The notes under the pieces were generated by a model, which was given only the letters and a program-made list of their open reading frames with translations, searched no databases and had not been told where the DNA came from. A stretch of DNA of 64,000 nucleotides from Bdellovibrio sp. (GTDB lineage Bacteria > Bdellovibrionota > Bdellovibrionia > Bdellovibrionales > Bdellovibrionaceae). The translations under genes and the position numbers were made by a program. Shown piece by piece: positions 56,913 to 64,000 of the stretch. Within the stretch, counting starts at the first letter, position 1, and the number at the start of each line of letters is the position of its first letter. The stretch is from positions 512,001-576,000 of the forward strand of contig JAKFBS010000004.1 in the NCBI GenBank assembly GCA_036677065.1, written 5' to 3'.

Positions 56913-57451
56913 TGGCTTTACCCTCAAAGCTTTACAGATTTAAGATTGAACTGTCTGATCTTGAAAAAGGATCATACCAATCGTTAGACTTTCGGGTGGC
57001 GCAACATCCATCTGAAAGTCTTTCATATTTGTTAACCAGAGTTTTAGCTTACTGTTTAAGTTATGAAGATGGTCTAGAATTTTCATCGCAAGGTTTAGCT
57101 GACCCTGACGCTCCCGCGATCAGTGTGCCGACACCAAACGGTAATCCCAAAGTGTGGATTGAAATCGGCAACCCTTCAGCGCGCCGAGTACATAAGGCGT
57201 CTAAAAGCGCAAATACCGTAAAAATATACACTTACAAAGACCCGCAAGTTTTATTAAATGAACTGAATTCTGAAACGGTTCATCGCAAAGAAGAAATACA
57301 AATCTATTCGTTATCAGCTGAGTTTTTAAATCAGTTAGAAAACGCCATGCAAAAAGATAATAAATGGACTGTGATCAATATGGATGGCGCTATTATGGTG
57401 AATGGCGAAAAATTCGATTTACAGTGTGATGTAAAACGCCACCAAGCCTGA
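56912..57451 (+). CDS. yaeQ: YaeQ family protein
   Basis: MAL...LY.FKIELSD; AQHPSE; RVLAYCL; LEFS..GL.DPD.PA; WIEIGNP. Confidence 0.92.
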   Translation: MALPSKLYRFKIELSDLEKGSYQSLDFRVAQHPSESLSYLLTRVLAYCLSYEDGLEFSSQGLADPDAPAISVPTPNGNPKVWIEIGNPSARRVHKASKSANTVKIYTYKDPQVLLNELNSETVHRKEEIQIYSLSAEFLNQLENAMQKDNKWTVINMDGAIMVNGEKFDLQCDVKRHQA

Positions 57452-57522
57452 CAAATTACCCCGTAATAAATTAAATTTTACTATTTATGTAGCGCTTTGC
57501 TGCATTTTTTCTGCATTTCATG

Positions 57523-57538
57523 TGGCACATTTTTCGCA
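57523..57538 (+). promoter_or_regulatory. sigma54-like promoter
   Basis: TGGCAC-ATTTT-TCGCA with correct GG/GC spacing. Confidence 0.5.
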
Positions 57539-57588
57539 AACTTTAATTCATTTGAAAATTATCTAACCCAAACAAAGGAAAGAAGAAA

Positions 57589-58032
57589 ATGATGAATCGA
57601 ATTATTATTGCCACAGTATTAGTAACAGCAGGATTTGCATGTGCAGAAAAACCATATAGAGCCAATGAAACCAGTGCCCAATCGAACCCACAAAGTTATG
57701 AGCGCTCTACAGCCGCTGAAACTGAAACAACTGACATGGATAATACAGCAATGAACAAACGTGATGCTGAAGGCAAACTTCTGCCGACAGATCAAATGCA
57801 AGGATCAACAGCTGATATCGAATTAACCCGCAAAATTCGCGAGATGTTAACCGATGAAGATTCGCTATCTATGAAAGCTCAAAATGTAAAAATCATTACC
57901 TTACAGGGTATTACGACATTGCGTGGGCCGGTAAACACGATGGCTGAAAAAAGAAAAATCGAGCAGTTAGCCAAATCCGCTGGTGCGAAAAGTATTAAAA
58001 ATCAACTCGAAGTCACAACAAAAACTGAGTAA
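57589..58032 (+). CDS. BON-domain lipoprotein
   Basis: Lipobox GFAC; DNTAMNKRD; SLS..AQNVKIIT..G..TLRGPV....EK..IE. Confidence 0.9.
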   Translation: MMNRIIIATVLVTAGFACAEKPYRANETSAQSNPQSYERSTAAETETTDMDNTAMNKRDAEGKLLPTDQMQGSTADIELTRKIREMLTDEDSLSMKAQNVKIITLQGITTLRGPVNTMAEKRKIEQLAKSAGAKSIKNQLEVTTKTE

Positions 58033-58057
58033 CAACAAATAACGAACGGAGAATAAA

Positions 58058-58660
58058 ATGGAATTTAAAAAAAGTGATAAAGTAGTTTATGGTTTATTTG
58101 AAACAAGAGCAGCTCTGGAAGCTGCTGTTAATCAATTAAAAAGCGCGGGCTTTTTAAATAGCGACATTTCAGCGTTACTTCCTTCAGTGGGAGACACCAA
58201 AGAATTTGCGCATGAAAAACAAACTAAAGCACCAGAAGGTGCAACGACAGGTGTCGCTGGCGGCGCTGTGATCGGTGGAACCTTAGGCTGGTTAGCGGGT
58301 ATTGGTACCTTAGCGATTCCAGGCATTGGACCATTTGTAGCAGCTGGTCCGATCTTAGCTGGTCTTGCTGGGGCAGGTGTTGGCGGAGCCGTTGGAGGTA
58401 TTGCTGGTGCCTTAGTCGGTATGGGAATTCCAGAGTACGAAGCCAAACGTTTTGAAACTGCAGTTAAAGAAGGTGGTATTTTATTATCAGTTCATGCGGG
58501 TGTTGGTGACTGGGTTTCTAAAGCGAAAGACATTTTAAAACAATGTGGCGCTCATGATATTTCATCTACATCAGAAGCTAAAGGTGATGATGATTTTGAG
58601 CGTAGAGATGTGCCATTTGAATCTAAATCTACAGATACGAGTACAAATAAAAGATACTAA
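58058..58660 (+). CDS. general-stress membrane protein with Gly-rich hairpin (DUF3341-like)
   Basis: TKAPEGATTG; GTLAIPGIGPFVAAGPI; MGIPEYEAKRFE..VKEGGILLSVH. Confidence 0.85.
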   Translation: MEFKKSDKVVYGLFETRAALEAAVNQLKSAGFLNSDISALLPSVGDTKEFAHEKQTKAPEGATTGVAGGAVIGGTLGWLAGIGTLAIPGIGPFVAAGPILAGLAGAGVGGAVGGIAGALVGMGIPEYEAKRFETAVKEGGILLSVHAGVGDWVSKAKDILKQCGAHDISSTSEAKGDDDFERRDVPFESKSTDTSTNKRY

Positions 58661-58686
58661 TATATAGAGTATTTAATAAAGTCTAT

Positions 58687-58726
58687 AAAGCAGCTCGAGG
58701 TAATTTGCTTCGAGCTGCTTTTTTTT
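58687..58726 (+). terminator. intrinsic terminator
   Basis: AAAGCAGCTCGA...TCGAGCTGCTTTTTTTT. Confidence 0.85.
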
Positions 58727-58848
58727 GCTGTCTACAGAGTTGACAGTCCTGTTGCTTTTTCCTGTTAGCAAGAAAAATCACCTAATAAACAAAACCCATG
58801 ATATTTTTCTGCCTCACCAAAACCCAACCCCCTTTATGGAGGCTCTAA

Positions 58849-59904
58849 ATGAACAAGAAAACTATCATTAATATCTCGAAAGCTATTAGTTTAAGTGCTG
58901 CATTGGTCGTAAGCTTTTCAGTGCAAGAAGCTTCGGCTCAATCATCAAAATCAAAACCGAAGTACTTAGTTATTCAAAACGTTGCGACAGAAAAAACTCG
59001 TGTTTATGAACTTTGTTACACGGCTCCGGGCTGTGCGCATAAAATGGTTTTTGAAACAGTGATGTTAGTTGGTAAACGTAACGAAGAAAGCCAGCAAACT
59101 ATTCTGGGTACCTATCGTATCAGTCAGTGGGTAAAATTCTATCAAGATAATGCTAAAAACTATCCAAGCTGGTATGACCCAGCATTGCCAATGCCTCCCA
59201 AAGCAGATAAAGCGGCTACAAAATGGTTTAAAGATGATTACATGCCAAACGGCGGCGAAATGCGCGGAGCCTTTGGTTGGTATGCAGCTTTAGCTGAACC
59301 AAATGCTTTTGGTCAATGGATGCATGGAACAATCGGCTGGGGAGCGGACGAAGATAAATTCATCAACCGCGCTAAAAAAGGATTCTTTTCTTTATTCGCA
59401 GATTTACGTTCGCATGGTTGTACTCGCCATGAAAACAGAGCCATCGCTTATCTTCAGCATTTAGTGCCAGCAGGTACTCCGCTTATTAAAGTTTACGCGG
59501 AAGAAGTAGCTGATGACCCAAGTTTATCGCGTTATGCTGATCAAAAGAATCAGTTCTTATTCAACTACGCTTTAACAAAAGCTGATGTTCGTTCAAGTAA
59601 AGCGGCTAGTTCTGAATACTCTGTGACAATGGCCAAGATTGCTAAAGGCGAAATCAAGCAAGAAGATGTGTTAGAGCAAGGCAGTTACTTAGTTGACCGT
59701 GTTCCAACTATTAATCCGATCAACACTAAAAAAACTTCTAAATCTGGCGAATCAGGTGATGTGTATGAAGTAGGTCGTGAAAACTTTCGCGGAACTTATT
59801 CAGTAGATACAGGAAGATTTGCCAATTACGTTCACCCAACGAAATTAAAAGTTGGTGGCGACCAGTCTTTATTAACTTTACCAGATCTTGTTAAGACGAA
59901 ATAA
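58849..59904 (+). CDS. exported L,D-transpeptidase (YkuD-like, extended)
   Basis: Signal peptide; GAFGWY; QWMHGTIGWG...SHGCTR. Confidence 0.85.
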   Translation: MNKKTIINISKAISLSAALVVSFSVQEASAQSSKSKPKYLVIQNVATEKTRVYELCYTAPGCAHKMVFETVMLVGKRNEESQQTILGTYRISQWVKFYQDNAKNYPSWYDPALPMPPKADKAATKWFKDDYMPNGGEMRGAFGWYAALAEPNAFGQWMHGTIGWGADEDKFINRAKKGFFSLFADLRSHGCTRHENRAIAYLQHLVPAGTPLIKVYAEEVADDPSLSRYADQKNQFLFNYALTKADVRSSKAASSEYSVTMAKIAKGEIKQEDVLEQGSYLVDRVPTINPINTKKTSKSGESGDVYEVGRENFRGTYSVDTGRFANYVHPTKLKVGGDQSLLTLPDLVKTK

Positions 59905-59925
59905 TTTTTTAAATTTCAATTTTAG

Positions 59926-59964
59926 AAATATAAAAGCCAGGTTTATCACCTGGCTTTTATATTT
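59926..59964 (+). terminator. intrinsic terminator
   Basis: AAATATAAAAGCCAGGT / ACCTGGCTTTTATATTT stem. Confidence 0.8.
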
Positions 59965-59977
59965 GGGGCCAGACCTG

Positions 59978-60006
59978 TTGACAAATTACTCAATTTAATC
60001 TAGCTT
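59978..60006 (+). promoter_or_regulatory. sigma70 promoter of the rsgA leader
   Basis: TTGACA-17 bp-TAGCTT. Confidence 0.7.
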
Positions 60007-60059
60007 GTATTTATTCGCGGCAATTAAGCCTGCAATAACTTTTCACCCAGGAGGTCTTT

Positions 60060-60104
60060 ATGGAAAATTTAACTATCAAGGGCCTTCTTGCGAATCTGGT
60101 TTAA
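60060..60104 (+). CDS. putative leader peptide MENLTIKGLLANLV
   Basis: Strong AGGAGG RBS (60049-60054); 14 codons plus TAA; overlaps the 5' arm of a competing hairpin. Confidence 0.6.
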   Translation: MENLTIKGLLANLV

Positions 60105-60180
60105 ATCAAAAACATATTAGATTTCTATTCAAGGCCCTTAAGTCAGTTCGGTTTTTTTGAATTTAACTTAAGGAGTATAC

Positions 60181-61275
60181 ATGCTTAATTCCGATAAGGA
60201 ATTTTTACAGTTATTTGGTTGGGATGACTTTTTTGAAAGTCAGATTACCGACAATGTTAATACGTTATATCCAGCTCGAGTTATTTGCGAAGAGAGAAAT
60301 CTCTATCGAGTGCAAATAGCAAAAGATAAAGTCATTATGGCTACGATCAGCGGCAAGGTTCAACATAATGCCGTAACCAGGGTTGATTACCCCGCCGTTG
60401 GCGATTGGGTCATGCTTGAGCCTTCAGGGCAGTCAGACAGGGCGATGATTAATCAAGTCTTGCAACGAAAGACCATTGTTCAGAGAAAGCAAGCGGGCTT
60501 AACTTCTGACATGCAAATTCTTTCGACGAATGTGGATAATATTTTTATCACTTCGGCAGTAAATCATGATTTGAATTACCGTCGTATCGAACGCTACTTG
60601 GCCATCGCCCGTGATGCAGGTTCAACCCCGGTGGTTCTTTTAACAAAGGCCGACACAGCAGCAGATATTGCGCAAGTGATCGCCGGCGTAGAAAATGAAT
60701 TTCCAGGCGTGAGTGTTTATGCACTTTCAAAAGAAAATTTTGAAAGCGCAGAGTTTTTTAAAGACTATTTAAAAAAAGGAACGACATCGGTGGTGATAGG
60801 ATCTTCAGGAGTTGGTAAATCGACGCTGGTTAATTTTTTAATCAATAGCGACGAAATTAAAACTCAAACGGCCAGGGGTGATGACTGGAAAGGTCGTCAC
60901 ACCACGACATCGCGCAATTTGTATGTCAGTCGCTACGGTGGGCTCATTATCGATACGCCGGGAATGCGCGAGTTGCAACTGTCTGATCATTCAGAAGGTA
61001 TTAGCTCGCAGTTTTCAGATGTTGAAGACCTTATGACAAGTTGTCGCTTCAGTGATTGTCTGCACGCGACTGAACCAGGTTGTGCCATCATAAAAGGGTT
61101 AGCTGATGGATCGTTGCCCCAAGAGCGATGGCAAAATTATTTAAAGCTTCAAGCTGAAGTTCGTAATGGATTGAAAAAGCAAGATAAAGCCCTAGCGGCC
61201 GAAGATCGAAAGCTTTGGAAAAAAAGAAGTGTCGAAGCGCGCAATAACAGTCGCGCTAAAAAAGGCATCTATTAA
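60181..61275 (+). CDS. rsgA: ribosome small subunit-dependent GTPase A homologue (long, RsgA2-type)
   Basis: PAVGDWV; LTKAD; GSSGVGKSTLVN; KGRHTTT; DTPGMRE; CRFSDC.H..EPGC. Confidence 0.9.
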   Translation: MLNSDKEFLQLFGWDDFFESQITDNVNTLYPARVICEERNLYRVQIAKDKVIMATISGKVQHNAVTRVDYPAVGDWVMLEPSGQSDRAMINQVLQRKTIVQRKQAGLTSDMQILSTNVDNIFITSAVNHDLNYRRIERYLAIARDAGSTPVVLLTKADTAADIAQVIAGVENEFPGVSVYALSKENFESAEFFKDYLKKGTTSVVIGSSGVGKSTLVNFLINSDEIKTQTARGDDWKGRHTTTSRNLYVSRYGGLIIDTPGMRELQLSDHSEGISSQFSDVEDLMTSCRFSDCLHATEPGCAIIKGLADGSLPQERWQNYLKLQAEVRNGLKKQDKALAAEDRKLWKKRSVEARNNSRAKKGIY

Positions 61276-61301
61276 AGAATGGCGGGGAAACCCGCCATTC
61301 T
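61276..61301 (+). terminator. GC-rich hairpin after rsgA
   Basis: AGAATGGCGGG-GAAA-CCCGCCATTCT; weak U-tail. Confidence 0.6.
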
Positions 61302-61350
61302 CATTTACTGAGTCTGAAATTTGCTTGCTCTGTAAAACAGGGCGGTAAAT

Positions 61351-61500
61351 ATGATTCGCAAATTAAAATCCGGCGGTTACCGAATATATTCGAGAAAGAA
61401 AAATCCCAAAACTGGTAAACGCAGAAATTTGGGGACATTTAAATCTTTAACCGAGGCAAAAAAGCACGAACGTGAAATTCAGTACTTTAAGCATCATTAA
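61351..61500 (+). CDS. small basic hypothetical protein (49 aa, below the ORF-track cutoff)
   Basis: MIRKLKSGGYRIYSRKKNPKTGKRRNLGTFKSLTEAKKHEREIQYFKHH*; fills the gap between the rsgA hairpin and the monooxygenase. Confidence 0.8.
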   Translation: MIRKLKSGGYRIYSRKKNPKTGKRRNLGTFKSLTEAKKHEREIQYFKHH

Positions 61501-61509
61501 GGATTTTCA

Positions 61510-62892
61510 GTGACTCATATTCCTGTGTTGATTGCCGGTGCTGGGCCTACGGGTTTAGTGTTAGCCCTGTGGTTAACTAAAATCGGCGTAAAAGTAAGGA
61601 TTATTGATAAAGCTTCAGAGAAAGAAACCACGTCGCGTGCGTTGGTCATCCACGCGCGTACGTTAGAGTTTTATCGTCAGTTACAAATAGTTGATGATAT
61701 TATCGAAGCCGGTTTTAGGTTTCCTGCACTCAATTTATGGGTAAACCATATTCAGCGCGCAAAAATTAAAATTTCAGATATAGGTAGTGGCAGCACGCCA
61801 TATCCGTACATTATAATTTTACCGCAAGACCAACACGAAGAAATCCTGATCGAAAAATTAAAAGTACTTGGCGTAAATATCGAAAGAAACGCCGAACTGA
61901 TAAATTTAGAACAAAACGATAAAACAGTCACTGCACAAATCAAGTTACCTAATAATGAAATTGAAACGCTTACGGCAGATTACTTAGCTGGTTGTGATGG
62001 TGCACACTCGGTCGTGCGTAAGAAATTAAATGTCAGTTTTTCAGGAAGCACTTATCCGCATTTATTTTACGTAGCCGATGTGGCAGGGCAGGGGCCTGCC
62101 CTAAATGGCGAGCTGCATGTATCATTAGATAAATCTGAGTTCATGGCGTTTTTTCCGCTCAAAGAAAAAGGGCATGCACGACTTATCGGAGTCATCCGCG
62201 AAGATCGAAAAAAAGATCCTTCTTGGGATGACGTTAACCCAAGGCTTTTAACAGAGATGGATGTGACCATCGAAAAACTAAAATGGTTTTCGACTTACCG
62301 GGTTCATCACCGGGTGGCCTCGCATTTTCAAAATGGTCGTGTTTTTATATTGGGTGATGCCAGTCACATTCATTCGCCTCTTGGCGGGCAGGGTATGAAC
62401 ACGGGCATTGGCGATGCGGTAAACCTGGCTTGGAAGCTGGGTGATGTGTTAAAGAAAAAATCAGGCCCTGAACTTTTAGCCACGTATGAAACTGAACGTA
62501 TTAGTTTTGCTAAGCAATTAGTGAAAACCACAGATCGTGCTTTTCGTTTTATTTCGAATGACGGAAAACTTGCGCGCTTTGTGCGAACCCAGTTAGTTCC
62601 GGCAATTTTGCCGCGTCTTTTTAAATTTTCACGCACCGGCCGGTTTATCTTTCGTCGCCTTTCGCAGACGGCGATTAGCTACAGCGGGCATCAAGACCGT
62701 CTACCTTGGATTGAAAGTGTTGATAATTATAAACCATTGCAATCGCTCGACTGGCAGATTCATGTCTATGGTGATCTTCAGGTAAAGACAGAATATGATG
62801 TGCATTATTTTTTATGGAATGAAGAGATGAAAAAAAAAGGTTTAGAAAAAAATCGGGTTTATCACATTCGTCCTGATGGCCATATCAGTTAG
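61510..62892 (+). CDS. FAD-dependent monooxygenase (PheA/UbiH-like)
   Basis: IAGAGPTGL; GCDGAHS.VR; GDASHIHSPLGGQGMNTGIGDA; IRPDGH. Confidence 0.92.
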   Translation: MTHIPVLIAGAGPTGLVLALWLTKIGVKVRIIDKASEKETTSRALVIHARTLEFYRQLQIVDDIIEAGFRFPALNLWVNHIQRAKIKISDIGSGSTPYPYIIILPQDQHEEILIEKLKVLGVNIERNAELINLEQNDKTVTAQIKLPNNEIETLTADYLAGCDGAHSVVRKKLNVSFSGSTYPHLFYVADVAGQGPALNGELHVSLDKSEFMAFFPLKEKGHARLIGVIREDRKKDPSWDDVNPRLLTEMDVTIEKLKWFSTYRVHHRVASHFQNGRVFILGDASHIHSPLGGQGMNTGIGDAVNLAWKLGDVLKKKSGPELLATYETERISFAKQLVKTTDRAFRFISNDGKLARFVRTQLVPAILPRLFKFSRTGRFIFRRLSQTAISYSGHQDRLPWIESVDNYKPLQSLDWQIHVYGDLQVKTEYDVHYFLWNEEMKKKGLEKNRVYHIRPDGHIS

Positions 62893-62923
62893 GCAAATTT
62901 CCCCAAATGATTAGCAACTGAGA

Positions 62924-62974
62924 GACAAAGTAAACTTTGTCCACGCTTAACTTTGGACAAACTAGTGTTGTCCA
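62924..62974. promoter_or_regulatory. tandem inverted-repeat operator array
   Basis: GACAA-N8-TTGTC (62924-62941) and TGGACAA-N7-TTGTCCA (62954-62974). Confidence 0.55.
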
Positions 62975-63059
62975 TAAATCAATAAAAGCTGTGATTGTTT
63001 TAATTTACAAACTCGTCGCGATCAGAGAAACACGATGAAACTATATCAAAGGAGATATT

Positions 63060-63527
63060 ATGAACAAACTTATCGCAATGATCGCTTTATTAGCTGCAAC
63101 AACTGCATCTGCATACACGGCTTCAACTTCTTGGGAGACTTTAGAAAATGATCCAAGAATTCAAATCGACGCTCCAACTGTATTCATGGGTCACGCTGTT
63201 GATTACATGTTCACATGCGTTGACGGTGCTAACTTACGCACGATCAAGCCAGTTAAACAATGCGAAACTATTTACATTGGTAAAAACCAATCTAAAGAAG
63301 TTTGCAAAGGTTCAAAATACTTATCAACTCCAATCAACTACACACGCACTTCTTGGGATTGCAAATTCACTGGTGGCCGTGGTGATCACCGCGTTTGCGA
63401 AGATAAAGTGATCTCTGGAACTTACCCACTTTCTGTAATGGTTAAAGTTTCTAAAGTTATGGGTGGTAAAAACGACCGTGTAGAGTTTTTATTTAACAAG
63501 CAATTTAACGTACCAAATTGCCACTAA
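63060..63527 (+). CDS. secreted Cys-rich hypothetical protein
   Basis: AAGGAG RBS; signal peptide ending ASA; 6 Cys. Confidence 0.82.
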   Translation: MNKLIAMIALLAATTASAYTASTSWETLENDPRIQIDAPTVFMGHAVDYMFTCVDGANLRTIKPVKQCETIYIGKNQSKEVCKGSKYLSTPINYTRTSWDCKFTGGRGDHRVCEDKVISGTYPLSVMVKVSKVMGGKNDRVEFLFNKQFNVPNCH

Positions 63528-63646
63528 TCACATAGTTTTAGCTTAATTAGTAAGCGCTCTAGAGTCACCCCTCCGACCTAGGGCGTTTTCTCGTTGTGCC
63601 TGATGAATTGTTAAGATAATCAGAAACTTCAAAACTTAAGGTGAAA

Positions 63647-64000
63647 ATGAATATTAACGTCGATACCAATTCGAACGCTACGGCTAGCTCTATCCCTGAT
63701 CAAGTATCACGGGATATTGAAGCTTATTTATTGCGTTTTAAAGATCCGAAAAAGGGTCTGAATATGTTAGCGACGAAAGCGCAAATTCACGTAAAGACAT
63801 TAAGCCGTCTGCGCGAAAAAATTCACACACCAACTTATTCTACATTATATAAACTTTATTCTTGTCTGCTAGATACGCGCATTATCAATGATCTGATCGA
63901 AAAAGCACCGCCAGTAATTCGCGAAAGAATTAAAAATGCTGATCCACAATTAAAATCTTCGCCGTTAAATCGTTATCATTTTGATTTAGAAACTGATCTG
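63647..64000 (+). CDS. Xre-like HTH protein (3'-truncated by window edge)
   Basis: MNINVD...GLNMLATKAQIHVKTLSRLREKIHTPTYSTLYKLY; frame open to the window end. Confidence 0.65.
   Translation, partial: MNINVDTNSNATASSIPDQVSRDIEAYLLRFKDPKKGLNMLATKAQIHVKTLSRLREKIHTPTYSTLYKLYSCLLDTRIINDLIEKAPPVIRERIKNADPQLKSSPLNRYHFDLETDL

Noticed and set aside
61510..62892. Monooxygenase as a pseudogene because of its compact C-terminus
   Set aside because: The frame is intact and all FAD motifs and the terminal RPDGH are present
62936..62976. TTGTCCAC/TTGTCCAT as DnaA boxes or an origin
   Set aside because: At least two mismatches to TTATCCACA each, no dnaA/gidA context and no clear unwinding element; better explained as operator repeats
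1..64000. CRISPR array, tRNA/rRNA, IS elements, integrase or prophage
   Set aside because: No regularly spaced repeats, cloverleaf or rRNA-like sequence, or transposase/integrase motifs were seen; intergenic gaps are short

Overview
AT-rich bacterial chromosomal segment with about 60 densely packed CDSs. I found no rRNA, tRNA, CRISPR array, transposase or phage genes. Gene content points to a predatory Bdellovibrionota (Bdellovibrio/Pseudobdellovibrio-like) genome; this is inference. The evidence is many secreted hypothetical proteins and lipoproteins, two trypsin-family proteases, a large subtilase, two L,D-transpeptidases, a peptidoglycan deacetylase, a 3D-domain protein, an INSxGxREW-type STAS protein and several sigma28-like promoters. 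Housekeeping genes include an ABC-F ATPase, bcp, rarA, rlmE, two pseudouridine synthases, clsB/ybhP, an FKBP, yaeQ and an rsgA homologue. Most notable: (1) a 9.4-kb candidate envelope-spanning c-di-GMP partner-switching locus at 25.5-34.9 kb (FecR/FN3 protein, GGEEF cyclase, HAMP-PP2C, GHKL-type kinase, STAS protein, OM barrel, MshEN-like protein); (2) an unannotated 14-aa leader peptide with competing hairpins in front of the rsgA homologue; (3) a signal-peptide-bearing NADAR-like protein; (4) a sigma28-driven zinc-peptidase/ATP-grasp ligase pair; (5) two orphan antitoxin-like genes; (6) sigma28 and sigma54 promoter sets and operator arrays read directly from the intergenic DNA. All family calls come from motif recognition by eye; no database search was run.
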